Source: Octopus vulgaris
Taxonomy: Eukaryota
Direction: 5' to 3'
DNA length: 64,000 nt
Assembly (NCBI GenBank): GCA_951406725.2
Contig: OX597817.1
Span: forward strand, 133,796,001-133,860,000
Part shown: positions 58,541 through 64,000 of the stretch, piece after piece
Layout of the letters: the number at the start of each line of letters is the position of its first letter
Position numbering within the stretch: position 1 is the first letter of the stretch
Position numbers and translations under genes: made by a program
Notes under the pieces: generated by a model
What the model was told of the DNA's origin: nothing
Database searches by the model: none
What the model saw: the letters and a program-made list of their open reading frames with translations, nothing else

Positions 58541-58585
58541 GTCTCATACCATAGGTTTCGTGTTTAGCAGCTTCTTCAGCTAGAC
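58541..58585 (-). ncRNA. Hammerhead-ribozyme-like motif
   Basis: Minus strand gtctag CTGAAGA agctgctaaacac GAAA cc tat gg TA tgagac. Stems I and III pair; stem II is weak. Confidence 0.5.
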
Positions 58586-58628
58586 GTGTTGGATAAGCCG
58601 TTAAGAGTGAAACCTAAAGTTCGAGTCA

Positions 58629-58720
58629 AATAATTTATCCCAAAATAAACATGCGCGCGCGCGGGCTCTCACACAAGCATTCAAAATTGCAATACATGCA
58701 TTGCATATATAAAATTATGC

Positions 58721-58751
<31 letters not shown>

Positions 58752-58790
58752 TATAGAAGAGAGAGAGAGATAAAGATATATATATATATA

Positions 58791-58866
<76 letters not shown>

Positions 58867-58948
58867 TAATTTTATAAATATGCTTTGCAATTTTGAATGC
58901 CTGTGTGAGGGCCCGCGTGCACGCATGTTTATTTTTGGATAAATTATT
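58629..58948. repeat. Inverted repeat with ~90-bp arms around a quasi-palindromic TA/AG/TC microsatellite centre
   Basis: aataatttatcccaaaataaacatgcg...aaaattatgcata pairs with tatgcataatttta...catgtttatttttggataaattatt. Confidence 0.88.
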
Positions 58949-59284
58949 ATATATACTGAGAGAGAGAAAGAGATAAAGATATATATATATATATACAAAC
59001 ATATATGTACATATATATATACAAATACACACACACACACACACATATATATACAAACATACATATATATATATATATATACACGCATGCACATATCTTT
59101 ATATATCTAACTTACAACCACAAATACACATATACATACACACACATACATACATATATGTATATATGCATGTATGTATGTATAAACATACATGCTCAAG
59201 TGTAAATTCATGACCCCACGCACATTTCTGCTTCAACTCAAATCAAGACCAAACAACGTCTTTCTTTCTCCTTCACTCTCGCTC

Positions 59285-59318
<34 letters not shown>

Positions 59319-59586
59319 CCTTTTCTTTACTCCCTGTCTACCTTTCTTTCCGCCTGCCTCTCCCCCACCCCTTCCATCTCTCTCCTTCTCTCTCTGTCTC
59401 CGAGTCTCTCTCTTAGTCTCTCTCTTTCTTTGCTTGATGTCTCCATATATCAATTTTCTAATCGATATTTCCCTGTGTACAGTGTATGTTATATATACAT
59501 CCATACATTGATACATATATCTATATATATATACATTGATACATATATATATATATAGATATAGATAGATAGATAGATACATGTTT

Positions 59587-59625
<39 letters not shown>

Positions 59626-59715
59626 CTATGTATATTCATATATATATATATATAACATTTATGTATGGATGTATATGTATATGTGTATATATATATATAT
59701 ATGGCGGCGAGCGAA

Positions 59716-59945
59716 TGGCGGCGAGCTGGCAGAAACGTTCGCACGCCGGGCGAAATGCGTAGCCGTATTTCGTCTGCCGCTACGTTCTGAGTTCAAATTC
59801 CGCCGAGGTCGACTTTGCCTTTCATCCTTTCGGGGTCGATAAATTAAGTACCAGTTACGCACTGGGGTCGATATAATCGACTTAATCCCTTTGTCTGTCC
59901 TTGTTTGTCCCCTCTATGTTTAGCCCCTTGTGGGTAATAAAGAAA
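59716..59945 (+). mobile_element. tRNA-derived SINE family A (central domain resembling Meta-SINE)
   Basis: A-box-like TGGCAGAAACGTT and B-box GAGTTCAAATTCC, followed by GGTCGACTTTGCCTTTCATCCTTTCGGGGTCGATAAATTAAGTACCAG. More than ten copies in the window. Confidence 0.85.
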
Positions 59946-59961
59946 CATATATATATATATA

Positions 59962-60006
<45 letters not shown>

Positions 60007-60113
60007 CGAGAGAGTGAGAGAAGGATCTGGATTTGAATATAAAATACATGCGAGCGCGCACACATAGATATATAGTCAACCTTTCTAACTACCTGTCGCA
60101 TCTGCATGTGTGT

Positions 60114-60172
<59 letters not shown>

Positions 60173-60198
60173 TATTATTGTTGTTGTTGTTGTTGTTG

Positions 60199-60259
<61 letters not shown>

Positions 60260-60513
60260 GGGTGTGTGTGTGTGTGTGTGCGTTTGTATACACGTGTGTG
60301 TGTGTATTACTGTTAACGTTAGATCTATAAACGTGTGTATAATTTCTCTCTCCAAATCATCTCCTTTCATCTGTCTATCATTCAGGTGAGTCTCTCTCTG
60401 TCCACAAGTAAGCAGTCCACCTCCTCACTTAACTACCTCTTCCTCCTACTGTCTGTCTATCTGTCTGTCTTCCTCTCTCTATCTCTCTCTCTCACTGCCT
60501 GCCTATCTGTCTG

Positions 60514-60572
<59 letters not shown>

Positions 60573-60643
60573 GTGTCTGTCTCTATATACATATATATAC
60601 ATATATACTTAAATATTCGTGTGTGTGTGTCTGTGTCTGTCTC

Positions 60644-60774
<131 letters not shown>

Positions 60775-60954
60775 TAGATACATGCATACACACATACATA
60801 CAAACATACATACACACATACATACACGCATACATACATACGTACATACATACACATACATACATACAAACATACATACATACATACATTACTCATACAT
60901 ACACATACATACATACACATACATACATACACATACATACATACACTTATACAC

Positions 60955-60985
<31 letters not shown>

Positions 60986-61587
60986 TACACGCATATATAT
61001 ATATATATATATACTCCTGTACATGCCTAGAGAGCCACTACAACTATTCTCCATCACTATCAATAACAGGACTGCCTTATACACCACCACAGCGATTAGC
61101 ACAATCACTGCACTGCAACCACAACTACCACTGCAACCACACGACCATGTACTGTACTATAACCCATGCCATCTCCTTTCGATTTCCTAATTGGATTGCT
61201 TGAGAAGAATAATTCAGCGGTTGTAAATAAGAGAAGCTAAGTACGACCACACTGGCAGCAGCAGCAGCAGCAGCAGCAGCATCATGGTCGTCATCTCTCT
61301 CTCCTAAACCAACCGTAGCAACATCACCGACCTCACCGACCTCAACACCATCATCCACATCATAATCAACGGCGATAACAACAACAACAACAACAGCAGC
61401 AGCAACAACGACATCGACAACAACAACAGCCATGCCAACAGCAGCATGAACAAGTGAAACGTAAACAATGGCGTCAACAACAACGTCAACATCATCAACA
61501 TCAGCAACAAAATTTACATCTTCTACAGACCGTCGATGTAGACACTGTCGCTCACTCCTACACTCTCCCCCCTCACACCCTCTATAT

Positions 61588-61621
<34 letters not shown>

Positions 61622-61752
61622 CAGTTCTCTTACCCTCTCTCTCCTCTTTCATCTCTCTCCCTCTCCGTTATCCCTACCTTTTTCCCTCGTTCTCTCTCAT
61701 ATTTCTTTCTATCTCTATCTCTCTATCTCTATCCACATGTGCGTGTGTTTCT

Positions 61753-61799
<47 letters not shown>

Positions 61800-62201
61800 T
61801 ATATTAAACTATGACTATATGTGTGTGTATACATGTTTATGGACACACGTACAATTATCGAATCTCGAAGGTATGTTATCATCCTCTAAACGATCTGCTC
61901 TTTTAAATTATCGTCTAAGTGGCAAGCCATTGCATGGAATGGTCAGCTTGAAGGTAATCGCAGAATCAGCGTGAAACCCTGCGACACGCCTGGCCCTTTC
62001 TCTGTTAGCAGCACATCCGATTCGGTGGACTTCCGTTTCTTCAGTCCATGCAATGTCATTCGCCATGACGTGACTAGACAACAGGTTACGGTTAATTACT
62101 TTTGCAAATGTGCCACATTGAGCGTTCAGACCAGCGACATCATGGGGATGAAGTCAAAGAATTGCTTTTCTATCCCGTTATGTCTATCTGTCTATATGTA
62201 A

Positions 62202-62316
62202 GACTAGTACTTATTCGATCGGTCTTTTTGCCGAACCACCAGGTTATGGGAACGAAAAAACACCGGCATTGGTTGTCAAGCGATGGTGGGGAGACAACCA
62301 CAGATACACAAGCATA

Positions 62317-62369
<53 letters not shown>

Positions 62370-62538
62370 ATATATACAACGGGCTTCTTTCAGTTTCCGT
62401 CTACCAGATCTACTCACAAAGTTTTGATCGGGCCGAGGCTATAGTAGCAGACACCTGCAAAAGATGCCGCGCAGTGGGACTGAATCCGTAACCACGTGGT
62501 CGGTAAGCAAGCTACTTACCACACAGTCACTCCTGCGC
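62202..62538 (-). mobile_element. SINE family B
   Basis: Reverse copy with the head at ~62538. Confidence 0.8.
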
Positions 62539-62772
62539 CTATATATATATATATAGTTGAAATTTATAGAAAAACAAAAAGACGAAGACAGGTGTATGAA
62601 CAACAAGCAAGTGTATTAGTTTGGCGCTCGGAAAATGAAAAATACTTTTATGTTTCGGGCCTCAGCTCTTGAACAGAAAGGAAAGAGATAAGAGAAAATA
62701 AACAGAGAATGAAAAAAAAAAAACTTCTAGATTTCAGCAGTCCAGCATGGCGAATATGTGCATGCATGTATA

Positions 62773-62857
<85 letters not shown>

Positions 62858-63277
62858 ATAGATAGATTGACACTCTTTTAGTCGTTTCAGCCATGCAGCT
62901 GCGGTCATGCTGGAGCATCACCGTCGTCTTACTGATTCCCTCAGTCTAGGATGTTTCACGCACACACACGTCTCTCTGTCAGTCTATCTGTTTGACTATT
63001 TGTCTATTCAGCTATCCTCTCTCTCTCTGTTTATTTGTATGTCTTTCTAGCTAGCATAGCTATCCGTTTATCTGTCTGTTCCTCTCTCTATTTCTAAGTA
63101 TCGATGTTGCTGTCCATTATCTATCCAACCTTCTAGCTGACTGTCTATCGACTTATTTAGCTATCTGTCTGTCTGTAAGTCACTGGCAGGATTCAAAAGC
63201 CGTTATCGTTCTCACATGTAATGCTGCGATACACTTTATTTAGTCAAACATTGTCATACTCGTTTATCGAGTCGATA

Positions 63278-63480
63278 TACGAAGGGATGCTGGAAAGTGG
63301 CTATCTTTAAGGGTGTTGCGAAAGCCTGGTTGGCGGCCCGACCTTCCGGGTTCTTTTACAGGGCTTCGCAAAACTGAAGGACCGCTGTGTGAATCTGAGA
63401 GGGGAATATGTTGAATAAAATCATAAGTAACTGATATCCCTGTATTTTCTTTTATCCAAAGCCAGGGACTTTTCAGGGTC
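63278..63480 (+). mobile_element. Short non-autonomous mariner derivative
   Basis: Starts TACGAAGGGATGCTGGAAAGT and ends in a partly complementary ...gacttttcag. An internal remnant resembles the mariner C-terminus (LQGFAKLKDRCVNLRGEYVE*). Confidence 0.65.
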
Positions 63481-63728
63481 GTTAGAACGTCGGATACGAA
63501 GCCTCATAATATCTGTTCCGGCTCCATAAGTCCACCCAGATCAAACTTTGCCTTTCAACCTTTCGGGTTCGAAAAAAAAAAAAAGAAAGAAAAAACGTTC
63601 AAGTCACCAACAGGCAGAGTGAGAAGGCTTCTTCTATAATACTGGTGAGTTCGTGGTTAAGGAAAAAAAAAAACAGTCTGTGATATAACACTGTCAGGAA
63701 AATGGTATATATATATATATATATACAC

Positions 63729-63914
63729 ACTTTTACTTGTTTCAGTCATTTGACTGTGGCCATGCTGGAATACCGCCTTTAGTCGAGCAAATCGACCGCA
63801 GGACTTATTCTTTGTCAGCCGAGTACTTATTCTATCGGTCCATTTTGCAGAACCGCTAAGTTATGGGGACGTAAACACACCACCATCGGTTGTCAAGCGA
63901 TTTTGGGGGGACAA

Positions 63915-63959
<45 letters not shown>

Positions 63960-64000
63960 CATATATACGGCGGGTTTCTTTCAGTTTCCGTCTACCAAAT
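63729..64000 (-). mobile_element. SINE family B, cut by the window edge
   Basis: Matches 48922 onward. Confidence 0.8.

Overview
AT-rich animal genomic DNA saturated with microsatellites ((TA)n, (CA)n, (TACA)n, (GATA)n, (TAA)n). The tRNA-derived SINE repertoire and repeat style suggest an octopus/coleoid cephalopod (inference). The only convincing host gene is the large first coding exon of a Shal/Kv4 (KCND-type) voltage-gated K+ channel on the minus strand (36929->35824). It is split by a GT donor inside the TTLG|YGD selectivity filter, and I found no second exon, so bases 1-35823 are probably intron. Almost all other ORFs in the track are microsatellite translations. The rest of the window holds three tRNA-derived SINE families, a full-length decayed mariner with TIRs and TA target site, other Tc1/mariner remnants, and RTE, CR1-like and R4/Dong-like LINE fragments. 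The most interesting non-genic signal is a dispersed set of minimal hammerhead-ribozyme-like motifs with palindromic stem III (Penelope-like type), one of them inside a tRNA-headed SINE. There are also several long inverted repeats, a 32-bp perfect direct repeat 2100 bp apart and a ~550-bp tandem duplication. All calls were made by eye; repeat coordinates are approximate.
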